From contig LN717261.1 of NCBI GenBank assembly GCA_001244265.2, forward strand, positions 2,557,591 through 2,621,590: a stretch of 64,000 nt of DNA. Reading direction: 5' to 3'. The notes below the pieces were generated by a model. That model ran no database searches and was not told the origin of the DNA. It was given only the letters and a program-made list of their open reading frames with translations. Positions 1 through 12,547 of the stretch are shown here, piece after piece. This DNA comes from Microbotryum violaceum. Lineage: Eukaryota. Each line of letters begins with the position of its first letter. Positions within the stretch are counted from its first letter, which is position 1. Position numbers and translations under genes: made by a program.

Positions 1-24
1 TCACCCTGGGGCCACTGCACACAG

Positions 25-1301
25 TCGTCGTTAGCAAGGTCTACAAGGTGCGTTGAGAGCCGTCGAAGCATCTTCCCGCCCGTCGTGTCGTTCGCCGTGC
101 GGGCCAGTTTTCGATTTTGCTCGCCCGCCCTGCCGCTGGCGGGCCCGTCGGCGCTGGTGGGCCCGCCCGATTTCGCGTCCTGTCCTGGGGCCAAAGCAGC
201 AGCCAGCAGCAGGCGACGGACACCGTGGACCGTATCCAGATGTGTGACAGCAGCTGACTTGACATGTTCTCTTCCATCCTTGCTTCTTTCTTTCACCCGC
301 TCTTGTGCTGCACCTCGTCTCCGCTGTAATCGACACGCTGATCTCGCTCGTGCCCACCTCTGCACGCCCACGCCCGCCGTCGCACCCACTCGCACCCACT
401 TGCATCCACCGTACTCGCACTCGACCCGACTGCTCCACCGTGCATCTCTGCCACCGTCCACGCGGACTGCATACAAACCAATCCCAACCAACTTCACCTC
501 ACAATAGGTTCCCCGTCGCCCCTTCGAGTCTGCCCGCCTCGATGCCGAGCTCAAGCTCGCCGGTGAATACGGTCTGCGCAACAAGCGCGAGATCTGGCGA
601 ATTTCGTACCTCTTGTCCAACATCCGTCGTGCGGCCCGTGATCTGCTCAAGCTCGACGAGAAGGACCCCAAGCGTCTCTTCGAAGGTACGTCGGTGGGGA
701 GTGGTCGAATGTGGCAGGATCGTCACCACGGCTTACTCTCTGACACGCTGCCTCTCGTGCTTTGCTGGTCTACAGGTAACGCCCTCATCCGTCGATTGGT
801 GCGAGTCGGTGTTTTGGATGAAACCCGCCTCCGTCTCGATTACGTCTTGGCGTTAAAGGTCGAGGACTTCCTCGAACGACGCCTGCAAACCCAGGTCTTC
901 AAATCCGGATTGGCCAAGTCGATCCACCACGCCCGTGTCCTCATCCGCCAGCGCCACATCCGGTACGTTCGGGCGATCCAGACTGGCTACTATTCCCGCA
1001 GAAAGACTGACTTTTGAACTCTTTATTTCCTACAGCGTCGGCAAGCAAATCGTCAACGTGCCCTCGTTCGTTGTCCGCCTCGACTCGCAAAAGCACATCG
1101 ACTTCTCTCTCACCTCCCCGTACGGTGGTGGACGTGATGGCCGAGTCAAGAGGAAGCGTGCCAAGGCCGCCGCTGCCGGTTCCGGTGAAGCCGAGGAGGA
1201 GGAGGAGGATGATGAGGTACGTTCTTGGCTATTGATGGGGGCACTGGGCCGAAAGAGGGGACAGATCGCTGACCTTTTGGTCCACTTTTCCCGCACAGTA
1301 A
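25..1301 (+). CDS. RPS9: 40S ribosomal protein S9 (uS4); first exon lies upstream of the window
   Basis: Exons 25-47, 508-685, 776-962, 1036-1216 and 1299-1301 (stop only) give [38 protein letters not shown]...[29 protein letters not shown]; all introns GT-AG. Confidence 0.97.
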
Positions 1302-1735
1302 ACGCATCAGCACTTTAAAACTTTCGAGGCTTTTCGGGGATTTGAGGAAGGGCATCAGGAAGGTAGATCCCGCTTGGTTCTTTTCCCGCATCTTTCTTTT
1401 AGATCTGAGACGTTTTTGAGGCAATGGGGAAAAGGCTTTCATTCACGAAGTTTGTTTGAGCCTATGCAGAGAACGAGCGAAGATGGCAAGAGAATACACG
1501 ATATACTCGATTCGATTAAAGCTGGTTCACAATGATGCTGACATGGAGCGGCGCGGTTAAAAATGTCTGACTTGAGACGGCTGTCTTTCTCCATCTTGCT
1601 GCAGAGTCCTCAAACCACTCCTCGCTCACTCGCTCCTCATCATGCAGACCTTTTCCCGTCGAATTACTTCAACCAGCCACTGTAGAAGCCCCTCCGCTAA
1701 CTCCATTCGACAACCCGATCCGTTTCTTGTCCGAC

Positions 1736-3471
1736 TTACTCGGTCCACTTTGTTCGCGCAAACGATAACTTACCTTTCGGCCCACCACCGTTCAGAGGAC
1801 TCAACAGCGTTCGAGGGTTTGGGGAGAGAGCCGAGCTAGTTACTGTTTGAGCTGGTGTGGGTGATTGATGCTGGTGACAATCGAGGTCCATCTCGTCGGA
1901 GCATTTGATGTGGCATCTTGAGGAGGCAAGATAGGCGAAAGGGGTACATATTTGAAAAGTCAGCTTCTGCGCTCGTGTGGTCCATCAGAGACCTTTACGC
2001 CCATCTGACCAGAGAAAATAAAACCACTCACTTGATCGTACAATCATCACACTCCAAATAAGCTCTCCAACCGAACGTCCCAAAATTCTTCTCGCAATAA
2101 GCGCACTTATCCTCACCCACCATCGGCGAAGATCGCAGATTCGTCGTCTGAGGTCGCAGCGACTGTTTCGGTTTTGAACCCGAAGCGAAAGCCAAGAGTT
2201 TCGTCGGTTTGGAAGGCTCGATCGTCGGAGGTGGTGCTTGGCCGTAGGTCAACAAAGCAGCCAAAACTTTCTGGAATCCCGGTTTGACGAGAGTGAAACG
2301 ATGGGGTTGGGCGATCAAGATGAGCGAGGATGAGGAGGTTGGGAGGAGGTCACTTGATCGAGCCGAGACAAAGTCTTGCGCGTGGCCTTGAATGGTCGAA
2401 TGGAACACCTCGCCGCCTGATGTTTCCGCTTGCCCTTGGGGTTCGACCCTCACATGAGGCTCAGCGGGGATCATATTCTCACTTACGATCTCCGAACCGG
2501 GCCCATCCGAACGCTCCGACATCCCCTCGCCCTGCCCTTCCTGCACCCAGTTCTTGATCAAAGGTCCCAAACCCACCTGTTTCCGCTGCTGCTCCAACCA
2601 CGAAGTAGGCAAAGACGCCAACAAACCCGATGACAACGCTGCCATCGTCGACAATCTCACCCGACCCTTGTTCTGCGCAGTCGTTTTCATCGGCGGCGCT
2701 TTGACGGTCAAGGTGGACCATTCCGCCTGACATTGTCCTTGGCAGAGGAAGGAACTTCGTTCGTGGGACTTCCATTCTTGGTCAAATTCTGAACCGGTGT
2801 AGAGGTGATCACTACCGAGTTCAAGACCAGCACCACCTCGATGATGAGGTCCATCAGATCCCATGTCAGCCAGATCGAGTAAATTGATGTCGTCGAGCCC
2901 ATCGGAGGTATCCTCTTCGTCTTGAACCTCTTGCGCCTCGACACCCTTTGCGATGTTATCCCGAATGATCGAGGAGCCAACCACACCTGATTTCTCCTGA
3001 GTATCCGAGACCTGACTGCCCGTCCGAGTTTTAGGCACTTTGACCTGTCCATCCCAGCTCGGTAAACGGAGTGGACCCGCCGGTCGTTCGAGCGAGCTCG
3101 GATCCTTAGCCCTCGCACCGACCCATCGAGCGACCGAACCTCTTTTGATCGTACCCGAGAACGACAAACTTCCCACGTTCAGTGATTCAATTTTATTGCC
3201 CCTGCGACCACCGCCGATCGTTGAAGATTTAGACATCTCTTCCGCTTCGGCCGCGAGGACTTGGCTCTCGATTCGACGAAGACGGGTTAGTACGTCCAGC
3301 GCGGTAGGTCGACGCGTCGGATCGAGTCGAAGACATTCTAGAGCGAGGTCGAGAAATTCGGTTGGGTGACCGAGCGATGCTCGTTCACGCACTTCCAAGG
3401 GGTCGATACCGAAGGTTGGCATGAGGCGCTGAGAGAGAGCGTAGTACATCGTGAGCAAAGTCAGTTTCGGA

Positions 3472-3503
<32 letters not shown>

Positions 3504-4704
3504 TCGAATCGAGCTCCAAGAGGCATTAGAGACTCACTTGAAAGATCTCGTTGTTGACCAACTGCCTCGACAAGACCTCGATGAAAATGACACCCAGCGA
3601 AAAGACTTCCAAGACGACCCAAACCACGCGGGTGAGCGGTCACCCTCACCCAAACACCAGCTCCCCAGAGCCCCAGCACTCACTATCCGTAGGCAGACCA
3701 AACTCATCACCCAACAAGACCTCGGGACTCATATACCCGTCCGTACCACAATAACTCATCCTTCTCATCTCCTCATCCGTCTGAGCCGCCAACCTCGCGA
3801 AACCGAAATCGCACACCTTGAGTCGTTCATTCGCCGTACAGAGCAGATTCTCTCCTTTCAAATCACGGTGCAAGCATTGACGTGAATGGAGGTAGGCGAC
3901 CGCTCGAGTGACGTCTATGGCGAAGGAGAGACGAAGACGCCAAGGGAAGGGGAGGGAGCGATCGTCGATGTATTGGCGCAGGTTGCCGCGAGGGAGGTAT
4001 TCGGAGATGATGAGGATACGTTGTCGAGACGCTTCACCGTCGTATCGAAGTGGATCGGGAGGGGCGAGGCAGAGTCCGAGGTATTGGACTGTCTCGAAGA
4101 TTATGTGGGATGAGTAGTCAAAATCGGACGGAGTGGACTACAGGTTATAGAACTGACCAATGTTGGGATGTCTCGCCTCGGCCATGATCTTGCACTCGCG
4201 CCTGAAATACTTGTCGACATCGTATTCACCGCTGGGCAAGACTTCCTTAATCGCGACCTATAGTCCATCGGGAACCGCAAACACGATCAATTATCGATCA
4301 TGCGAAGCATCAAAGGCAAACCGCATTGAAAACCTCGCACCGCCCTCGGAGGCGTCAATCTGTCCTCGTCCGTTCAGGAGCCTCGGCCAACTCACTTCGA
4401 GTCCCAGATATTCGCCTTTGTACACGCAACCGAACGAACCACGGCCCAATCGACTCCATTCACTGCATCAAGCACCAAGTACCCAATAGATCGTAAATCG
4501 AAAAAGAGTCAACTGACAATTCTCGTGCACGTGCCTCGATGACTCCCACGGCGACTGGGCGATCGAAATCACATCGTATCGTGTCCGCCCCTCGCCGAAA
4601 GACGGCTCTCCGAGGTGCGGTGAACGTCGACGGTTGAGCTCAAGTCGAACGGCGTTGTTCAGTGTGGGAAGTAGGTACTCACGTTTCGGGTTGTAAATGC
4701 TCAT
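1736..4704 (-). CDS. TKL/LISK (LIMK/TESK-like) protein kinase with C-terminal C1-type zinc-binding domain, multi-exon
   Basis: Motifs GRGSFGCVYKG, AIKE, RHPNIV, HRDLKGENLL, DFGFAR, YCGTDGYMSPE and DPTRRPTA; C-terminal HRF...CAYC...CDDCTIKCHIKC...C. Both ends approximate. Confidence 0.88.
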
Positions 4705-5620
4705 ACAAGATCTTGTCGAAGCGTTCGATGGTAGTCATCTCTCGAACAGCTATCTCCGAATGCGATTCGGTGACCGTCGAATCCGAACGACGTTCGAATT
4801 GAAGCTTGGAAAGGAAGCGAAGCGGCGACGAATCGGTCGCGGTGAAACCTGCTGGTCGTGAGTCAGGTCAATGCAAGCTCGATCCCAACAATTGAATCGG
4901 ATCGGAGGGTCGGAATAGTTTGAGAGTAAGAAACACCCAAGGGCCGTCACAACTCGGACGACTCGAAATCGAGAGCTCGGCAGCTCGGCAGTCGGCACTG
5001 AGAGACTCGAAGAACGCCGACTCGGTGGGGCGAATGACGAACGCGCGCGTGCGCCAACGAGCGATCGTGACTGCGAACGCTCGAACCCTCCTTGCTGGAT
5101 CGGGATTCATCATTCATAATTCATATGAGCGAATGCCGACTATCGTCTTTGATGAAGTTCAGGGGTTGAAGTGAGAACAAACCGTCCGCTACACCTTGTA
5201 AGCTTGGAATTCGAACCCCTCTTTTGCTCGTAAGCAAATTGACTCCGTGCGTGCCTTCCTGAAGAGACAAAGGATGATCTGCACCGTTCCTCTTAGCATG
5301 GAACAAAGTGGCACATTCCTCAAAGGGTCCAACTTCATTGAACAACACCGCAGATGAGAAACTTGAATCACCAATGGCTTCCAAGAAGTAGAGAGAGCAA
5401 AAGGAGGACGAATGGATTGCACAAGCGATTGCCGCTGTCCGATCTACTCTCCTTCTTTCATCCGCTCAAAAAAAATCATGCGTGGTTGGGTTGGCGGTGG
5501 TGAGAAAAGACAAAACACATGGGGGGAGAACACATAGGACACCAAAGGGGAGAGATGAAACCAAATAGAACGATCCTTTTTGGGGGGTGTAAGCAAAAGG
5601 GGTTGGGGTTTTGGGATCGT

Positions 5621-6252
5621 TTAGATGGTGGTGTCTGTAGAGTAGAAGGGACAGAGCAAAGTCAGGATTTGTTTGCGACTGAGAGGTGGTGGCGTTATAG
5701 GACTGACCGTAAGGTTGAGGTGCGAGGGTCTGGGGGTTGTTGTCGGCGGTCGAGACGGTGCGGGCCTCTCGGGGGGCGAGCGGCAAGCGCTTGAGAAGGA
5801 CGGTTTCTGCAAGACATCGCGAAACCAGTCCAATCAGCGCCAATGCATCGCAAAGAAAAATCGCGGCGATTCGATTACTGACCTCCCTTGGCCTTGGCGT
5901 CCTTCTTGGCCGCGGCGTTGGACTTGACTCGGTTCAAGAAGTCATCACGGCACTTGGAGTGCTTGACGTGCTCGACGCGCAAGTTGACTCGCTTCTCCAT
6001 GTAACGGTTACCGACGACCTTGTAAACGATGACACCGACCGAACTGGGGGTGACGTTGTAGACGATGCCGGTGCGTCCGTGGTAGTACTTGTGGGGCATA
6101 CCCTTTTGTTGGGCGGCGTTGGCCTTGATGTCGACGATGTCACCGACGCGGTACGTTCGGAGGAAGGTCGACAAGGGGATCATTCCCTTGGTCTTGAACC
6201 CCCGCTTGAACATGTCGCGCGTTCGCGCGCGCATACCGAAGGAGTGAGGCAT
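5621..6252 (-). CDS. RPL21: 60S ribosomal protein L21 (eL21)
   Basis: [15 protein letters not shown]...[13 protein letters not shown]...[11 protein letters not shown]; exons 6252-5883, 5806-5708 and 5634-5621 ending PQPYDTTI*. Confidence 0.97.
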
Positions 6253-7810
6253 TGTGGAGGATTAGGAGAGGTGGGGGTGAACGGACTGTGAGACCGGGAA
6301 CGGAACGGAAAGAGGGATGGTCAGCAATCTGTTTCAAGCTGCCCCACGATCGGGGACGGAGTTCGTGTGGCATGTGAGGCAGAACGAAGAGCAGGTGTCG
6401 TCGGTCGATGCAGCGAGAGAAGAAGGATAACGGAGGACGATCGACGACGGCTCGGGGCGTGTGTGCAAGTAGCGGTACGACCCCGTCCCGCCGACCGATC
6501 ATGACGACCCCATCGATCAATCCCATTCTAGTGCATCCGATCCATTTATCTCCCCCAGAGGTCCGTACAGTGACGCTACGAGCCCAGCTCGGCGCTGCCA
6601 TCCGCCACCTCGTTCGACGCTGGGCCAAGTCGGATTCGCACCGTGCCAGGCCCAGGCTCGAACCAGCCAAGGCATGGGCCCGACCTGCCCACCAAGGCCG
6701 TTCCGCCTCCCCAACTCCCAAACCTATTCCAGCGATGTGATCCCTAGAGTGGATGCTGCTAATATACAACTCGCTGATCGGCCGTCGTCGTAGTGTCGAA
6801 GCTGTTGTCCGCTTGCGAGCCGAACCGCAAGAATGCGTTCTCAACGCCCCAGTGCGCCATGCCACCCACTACCCCCCTACACCTCCCATTGTAGCCCTTC
6901 ATTCCAGTTGAGGCAAACGATCGCAAGTCGATACGGTGGATGATGTAGTCGAGGTCGTCATAGGCGTTGCATCGATGGTCGTACAAGTCGATCAGACGAT
7001 TTTGACGACCACGGCGCAGTGAGCGCCCCGTCGACTGGCCCGCGGTAGGCGCAGCGACCCGCCCAGCGCGGCCGAGCGCAAACGAAAATTGGCCGCGACG
7101 AAAGGGCGTCCCTCCCTCCCCCGCCAGCTGCGACGACCAACCAACGACGACCCACGCTCCATCGCTTCCACGACGGACAAAGAGACTTACGACTATGGTG
7201 TCGACACGAGCGAATGATCAGTTCCTGTTTGGATCGATAGGACGAGCGAGGTACGTGCTTACAAGGGGTGTGCGACGGGACCTTGGCGAGACACGAGAAA
7301 CACAAAGCAGCTGACGCTCGCACGCGCGCCACCGGCACCGCACCTTTGCCCGCCGTCTGCGCCCTTTTCCCAAGCGGCCTAATGCTCCATTAGACCTTTC
7401 GACGAATTAGTAAGAGCGCTCAGTCGAACTCGTGGCAATGCAGGGGTAGGGAACCCAATTTCCCCCAAGTCCGACCAAGATGTAACAAAGCCGAGAGTGC
7501 TTGGTTCAATGCCCATGGCAGGATATTTTGAATCTTCTTCGTTGCCCGCCCCGCTTCGGTGGCGAAAAGCTCTCTCAATTCCCCTCGACACGGATCGCGG
7601 CTTGGAAGCTATTGCCCAACTTTTTTGCCTTTCGATATTGTTCTTCTTTTCATCAGGAAAAGAAAGGAAAGGAGAGAGAGAGAGAGCATAGACCAAACCG
7701 AACCAAAAACCACCCCAAGACCGAACCCCCCGATCCTCTCCTAGAAAATTATTCCTTCGTTCCACTCGACTTCTCCCCTCCGCTCATCTCCGGCGTTCTA
7801 GGGCATCTCT

Positions 7811-8916
7811 CTAATGCTTGCCTTCAACGTGCACGTCAGCCTCGACCTGGCGCAAGTAGTCGTCCGCACCGAGGGTCTCGTCCGACTCGGTCACGCTCGA
7901 GGACGAAGCCTGGGGAGCGTCGACGGCGGGGGCGTGGCTGTTGGAAAAATCAGAGCAGGGCGGGGAACAAATTGCGGTGGTGAAGGGGCCGTTAAGTCAG
8001 GTCGTAGATCAAGGGCGGTGAGGATAGCCAAAAATGATGATTGGCATGAATAGAGCATGCGAGGATGGAGATGTGTAACAGAAGGTAGGAATGTCAGCGA
8101 CCCATTCCGAACGCTCAAGACAAGCTTCGGTCGCCAAGCCAAGCCCAAGTTGGCCGCTCTGAACTCCTCATTTCCAAGCTCCGATTGGGAATGGTTTCCT
8201 TCAAAGAGGTGTATCAGGAAACTCACGAATCGTACTCGTCCAACTCCTTGGCCAAAGCGGCGGCGTCAGGGACTGCCGGGGCCTTGGGTGCGGTCGGGGT
8301 CGAGTACGACTTGACCGAGCCGGCGGCGGAGGGCTGTTGGATACGTGTGAGGGAGTATTGCGTAGAGTCAGTTGATGGGTTTGGGGAGGAGGGATGAGAT
8401 CGAGCAGGAGTGAATATTGGGTTCAAGACGCACGGCGGGGTTGGGCTTGTACGCCTTCAACTCTCTGAGGTACAACTCTTGCACAAAGTCTGTGGGATGC
8501 ACCACCATACACGATTCAACGAGAGATAAAGTCAGCTCGGTAGACTCGTCTCGTTGAGGTAGGAGATGGGGCGAGTCGATCGTGTTTCGGCGGAAGCGGG
8601 AGGACGCGGAGGAGCAGCGTTGCGCGACAATTCGAAGCCCGTCCAGTCGATCGATTCGGTCCGTTGACGGTGTCCACGGGTGTGGATTGAGCTCAAGTCG
8701 ATCGATCATCAGAGAGAGAGACACTAACCCTTGCGAACGGGCGCGTTGACCGAGAAGGATCGAGCCAAAGGTCGGGCCTGCGAGGACGAGATGAGCCGAG
8801 TGGCCGAGTGCGGAGGGGCAGACGAGGGCAATCAGCTCTAGTCCCCAATAAAGACGGGGGTGGAAATGAGAAAATGAACGCACCGACTGTTTGATCAAAG
8901 TGCGAGCGGCGAACAT
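7811..8916 (-). CDS. ATP14: Mitochondrial F1Fo ATP synthase subunit h
   Basis: Presequence-like MFAARTLIKQS..., signature DFVQELYLRELKAYKP, then P/A-rich and acidic C-terminus ending VEGKH*; 5 exons. Confidence 0.88.
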
Positions 8917-9197
8917 GCTAGGGGATGCGATGAGGGGATGATCGGGACGTGATGAAGACGGACCGGTCGGGGCTTGGACTGGCTGGCTGCACGGAGGGTG
9001 GCCAAACTGCCCAAAATGACTCCTCGTGGCCAAAACCCTTCCAAAACCCTTCCAAAACCTGGCCAATATTCGACTCGCGCCGACCCGCGCGCCGAGTGGT
9101 TCGGAAGGCTTCCGCTTCGAATGTGCTGCTTGCTGTTTGTGTGCTGCTGTTACTACTGCCCTCCTCCACCACCACCCACTCACCCACTCAGACCAGC

Positions 9198-9935
9198 ATG
9201 TACTCTGTCGTCCGCACCGCGTTGCCCCCCTCCTCGTTCGTCGCTCAACGTGCGCTCTTTTCGAGCTCGACCTTGATTCGGTGAGTGCTGCATGAACTGC
9301 GTACAGTGGTGGTGGGGTGATTTAGGTGCAGGGCGCCGGATCGAGCAACGTCATCACCCCGCGGAACCGGCATCGCCGCCGTGCAGAGACATCGCTCATC
9401 CGATCAATCCCACCGGTTCGTGCACCGAGGTCAATCATCGTGTATTGCAATACGCACTTGACGACCCGTGACGATCTGTTCGCCAAGCACCGCAGTGGAG
9501 AGTGACTTTCCACTCGCTTCTCTCCCCTCGCCCCCCTCGCCCCCCCGCCCCACACCGCCGCGGCCAACCGAGCCGATCTGTTCGCCACCGAGTCCAATCC
9601 CGCCCTTGCAACGCGCTCCTCCATCCTCACCCAGTACTGATCCATATCCTTGCCGCTCATCACCTCAATCAGCCAAGGCTCTGCAACCAAGCCCTTGGAC
9701 AATCGTGAAAGGGCCGCCGAGGAGGCCTACTCGCGCGACAGGGTCAGGCAGCAAATTTGCCTATTCCATACAACCGTATACGGGCGGGCACTTATAGGCA
9801 AGCAAGCCATACTATGTTTTTCTACAGGAGAACGAGAAGCTCAAGGCGTTGAAAAAGTCGATCGAGGCGAGCAAGAAGCACCTCGAACAGTTGGAGAAGG
9901 ACCACGCCGAGCTCGAGTCGTCGCAGAAGAAGTAA
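9198..9935 (+). CDS. INH1: Mitochondrial ATPase inhibitor (IF1/Inh1/Stf1 family)
   Basis: Three exons (first 9198-9280, second from 9673) give MYSVVRTALPPSSFVAQRALFSSSTLIR-QGSATKPLDNRERAAEEAYSRDR-ENEKLKALKKSIEASKKHLEQLEK, matching the IF1 RE.A.E..Y...E.EKL..L coiled-coil pattern. Confidence 0.85.
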
Positions 9936-10449
9936 ACCCTTTGCGATGCACTGAAATGACACACAACGCAAGCAATCTCATATTGGGAGGCGGCCGAGGT
10001 TTGTCTTGAGCTGCGATAAGGCGTTGCTCCGTTATGCGGTGGCTGTGGGACGACAGTGTAGGGCCAGGACTCGAGACCCGGGAGCCTGTTTGTGTATCTT
10101 GATATGTCTCTTCCCGAGTACACACCAGGCCATGCTGGGTGTGGAAGCGTCCATGCAGCGAGTCACTGGACTGACCCATAAATCTAGTAGCCAACACCAC
10201 CCGAAAGTCTACACCACTTGTGGCTACACGAGGGACATGATCTTGTAGTCTGAAAACATCAGGTGACCTGGGTCTTGCTAGAAACACCGTCCTCCAAGAA
10301 CCTTTCTCCGAGATGGAACTAATAAATTAGCGGCGCGGAAATTCCGCTCGAAAAAGTTCAATGATCGATCCTCGTTAACGCTATCCGAAAAGCCCAACCA
10401 GTTGCTCCCGCCACACACACTCGAGACGCTCTCGGCCGCTCCTCCCACA

Positions 10450-11748
10450 ATGGCGACGACCAAACCCACCAAGACCCATCGCCCCTCCCAGCGATCCAAG
10501 CCTATCTGATCGCCTACAACCTAGCGGCCATGTCCCTTTGGGCCTACGCCCTCCTTCGTCTCGTCCAGCACCTTCGCGGGGATGGGAAGGTCGATGGTGC
10601 AGAGTATGGGCTCAAGGCTTGGTTCGGGTTGCAGAGTCGGTGGGAGAAGGTGGAGAAGAGGAGTAGGACTGGCTTTGCAGAGTGAGTGGGGATGGCTGGT
10701 GGGGTAGTCGGGCGATGATATGATGCTGGCTGATGCCTTGTTCTTCACTTGCAGTTTCGGAGAAGCGGTCAAGTGGATCCAGACGTTCGCTTTATTGGAA
10801 GTCGCTCATGCCGCCTTGGGACTCGTGTAAGGTTACACAGTGGAAACGCGTTCGAGCAGGAAGGCGGTCACCTCACGCTCATGCTCTGGATTGGCTTGGC
10901 TATCGTTCCAGTCGCTCCGGTTTGGCGACCACGGTCATGCAGGTCTCTTCGAGGGTTTTCATGGTCTGGTACGTGTGCAACACTTGGCCTCAGGTAAGTG
11001 TTCCGAATCGCTCGTGGAGTGGAGATGGAGCCGACTCGTTGCCCCGAACGCTCCCAACAGCTGATCCATCCTCGTGATCCCCTCCTGAACTGAACAATAG
11101 GTCGCCGCCTCGCCCTTCTACTGCTCGATGGTTTTCGCTTGGTCGGTGACGGAGGTGATCCGTTACGCCCACTACGCCGCCGGCTTGCTCGGCGTCAAGG
11201 TTTACGTTCTCGAATGGCTTCGGTCAGTGGTCTTAATTTTTCGAAAGAGGTTGGCCGACAGTTATGAAGGAACTAATTCCAGAGTACGTGTGCTTGCACA
11301 GCTACTCGCTCTTTTACGTGCTCTACCCCCTCGGAGCCGGATCCGAAGCTATCTTGATCCTCAAATCGGCCGGGTAAGAGTAGAGCCGACTTTTTCTCTT
11401 CGACCCAACCCTCGCTGAACCAATCTGTTCCCCTGTGGTGGCACCAGTCCCGTCCGTCACCACTTTGGCTACGTCGGCTTCTTCACGACGGTAACGATCC
11501 TCTCCGTTTGGCCCCCTTCGTTGTTGATGATGATGCAACACATGCGTCGACAGAGGTACAAGCACTTGTTCTCCCACCCTCTTGTCCGCGTAGGAGCGAA
11601 GGCGTCGCATGCGTCCCACAAGTCGACGGATCTGAACAAGGTAGTGGGGGAAGGGGTGCAGAAAGTTGAGCAGGTGACTTCGACTGCGAGGGACGAAGCT
11701 GCGAAGACGGTCACGAGGAGTCGGAGTAGGCAGAATTTGAAGGGTTGA
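10450..11748 (+). CDS. PHS1: Very-long-chain 3-hydroxyacyl-CoA dehydratase (PTPLA family)
   Basis: YLIAYN, IQTFALLEVAHAALGLV, TTVMQVSSR, AWSVTEVIRY, WLRYSLFYVLYPLG and MMMQHMRRQR motifs; needs one extra C in the run at ~10482-10489 to join the ATG. Confidence 0.92.
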
Positions 11749-12338
11749 GAAGGGTGGAGGCGCGGGAGAGAGAGAGTTGGAGTTGGGGTTGGGCGGAACG
11801 CATGGAGAGGAGTCAGGGATGGAGGTTGATGGAGGTTGATGGATTTGGGAGAGATGGGATGGAGGGATGCCAAGTGGAGGAGGTGGCTACGACATTGAGA
11901 CGGCCTTGGGGGAATGAAGATTCGAAGGAGGATCAAATCTTGGCCGGGGTCTCTGCGGTGGTTTTCGGCGACGGCGAATGTGCCGAGTTTGCCAAGTTGA
12001 ATTTGTTTTGCGTGTTTGTCTGTGTTGGCAATGAAGGAAGCGGTTTCAGACCCCGAGACGGTCGAAAAGCAAAAAGCCACTCTGACTCGATCCAAGTCCT
12101 CGTGAGGGTTCGGGCGAGTTGAGAGTTGAGCTGTCTGGCGCGCTCTGGCGCGTTCACGTGTCGGTCGCGACGAGTCGGCCTCGGGAACGATCATCGCCTT
12201 TGCTCGGTGCCTCCATCTGGTGGGCGCTACAACTCCCTAGCCGCCATTCTCGTTGTTCGTTGTTCGAGGACCGATTCGTCACAAACTAGAGCCAGGGCTC
12301 GAATTACAGTTCAGTGCAAGTGTGTTTGGCTCGCCAAG

Positions 12339-12392
12339 GTGCCGCCGTGCCACCGTGCCGCCGTGCCACCGTGCCGCCGTGCCACCGCGCCA
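12339..12392 (+). repeat. (CCGTGCCR)n 8-bp tandem repeat upstream of NEO1
   Basis: gtgccgcc gtgccacc gtgccgcc gtgccacc gtgccgcc gtgccacc, read directly. Confidence 0.85.
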
Positions 12393-12547
12393 GCTCCAGG
12401 CGGCGGTCGTCATCATCGTCGTCATCCTCGGTCCAAATCGTCCGAAACTCAACAGCTGCACGACTCGCACCGCACCACCAAGGCCACCTCGGCTCTGATT
12501 CTCGACCCAACTAAGCGGTGCTGGGTCGACGCTGGTCCCAAGCCTTG

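Noticed and set aside
8490-8727. Box C/D snoRNA in an ATP14 intron
   Set aside because: TGATGA is present, but the downstream CTGA is the branch site ~180 nt away and there is no terminal stem.
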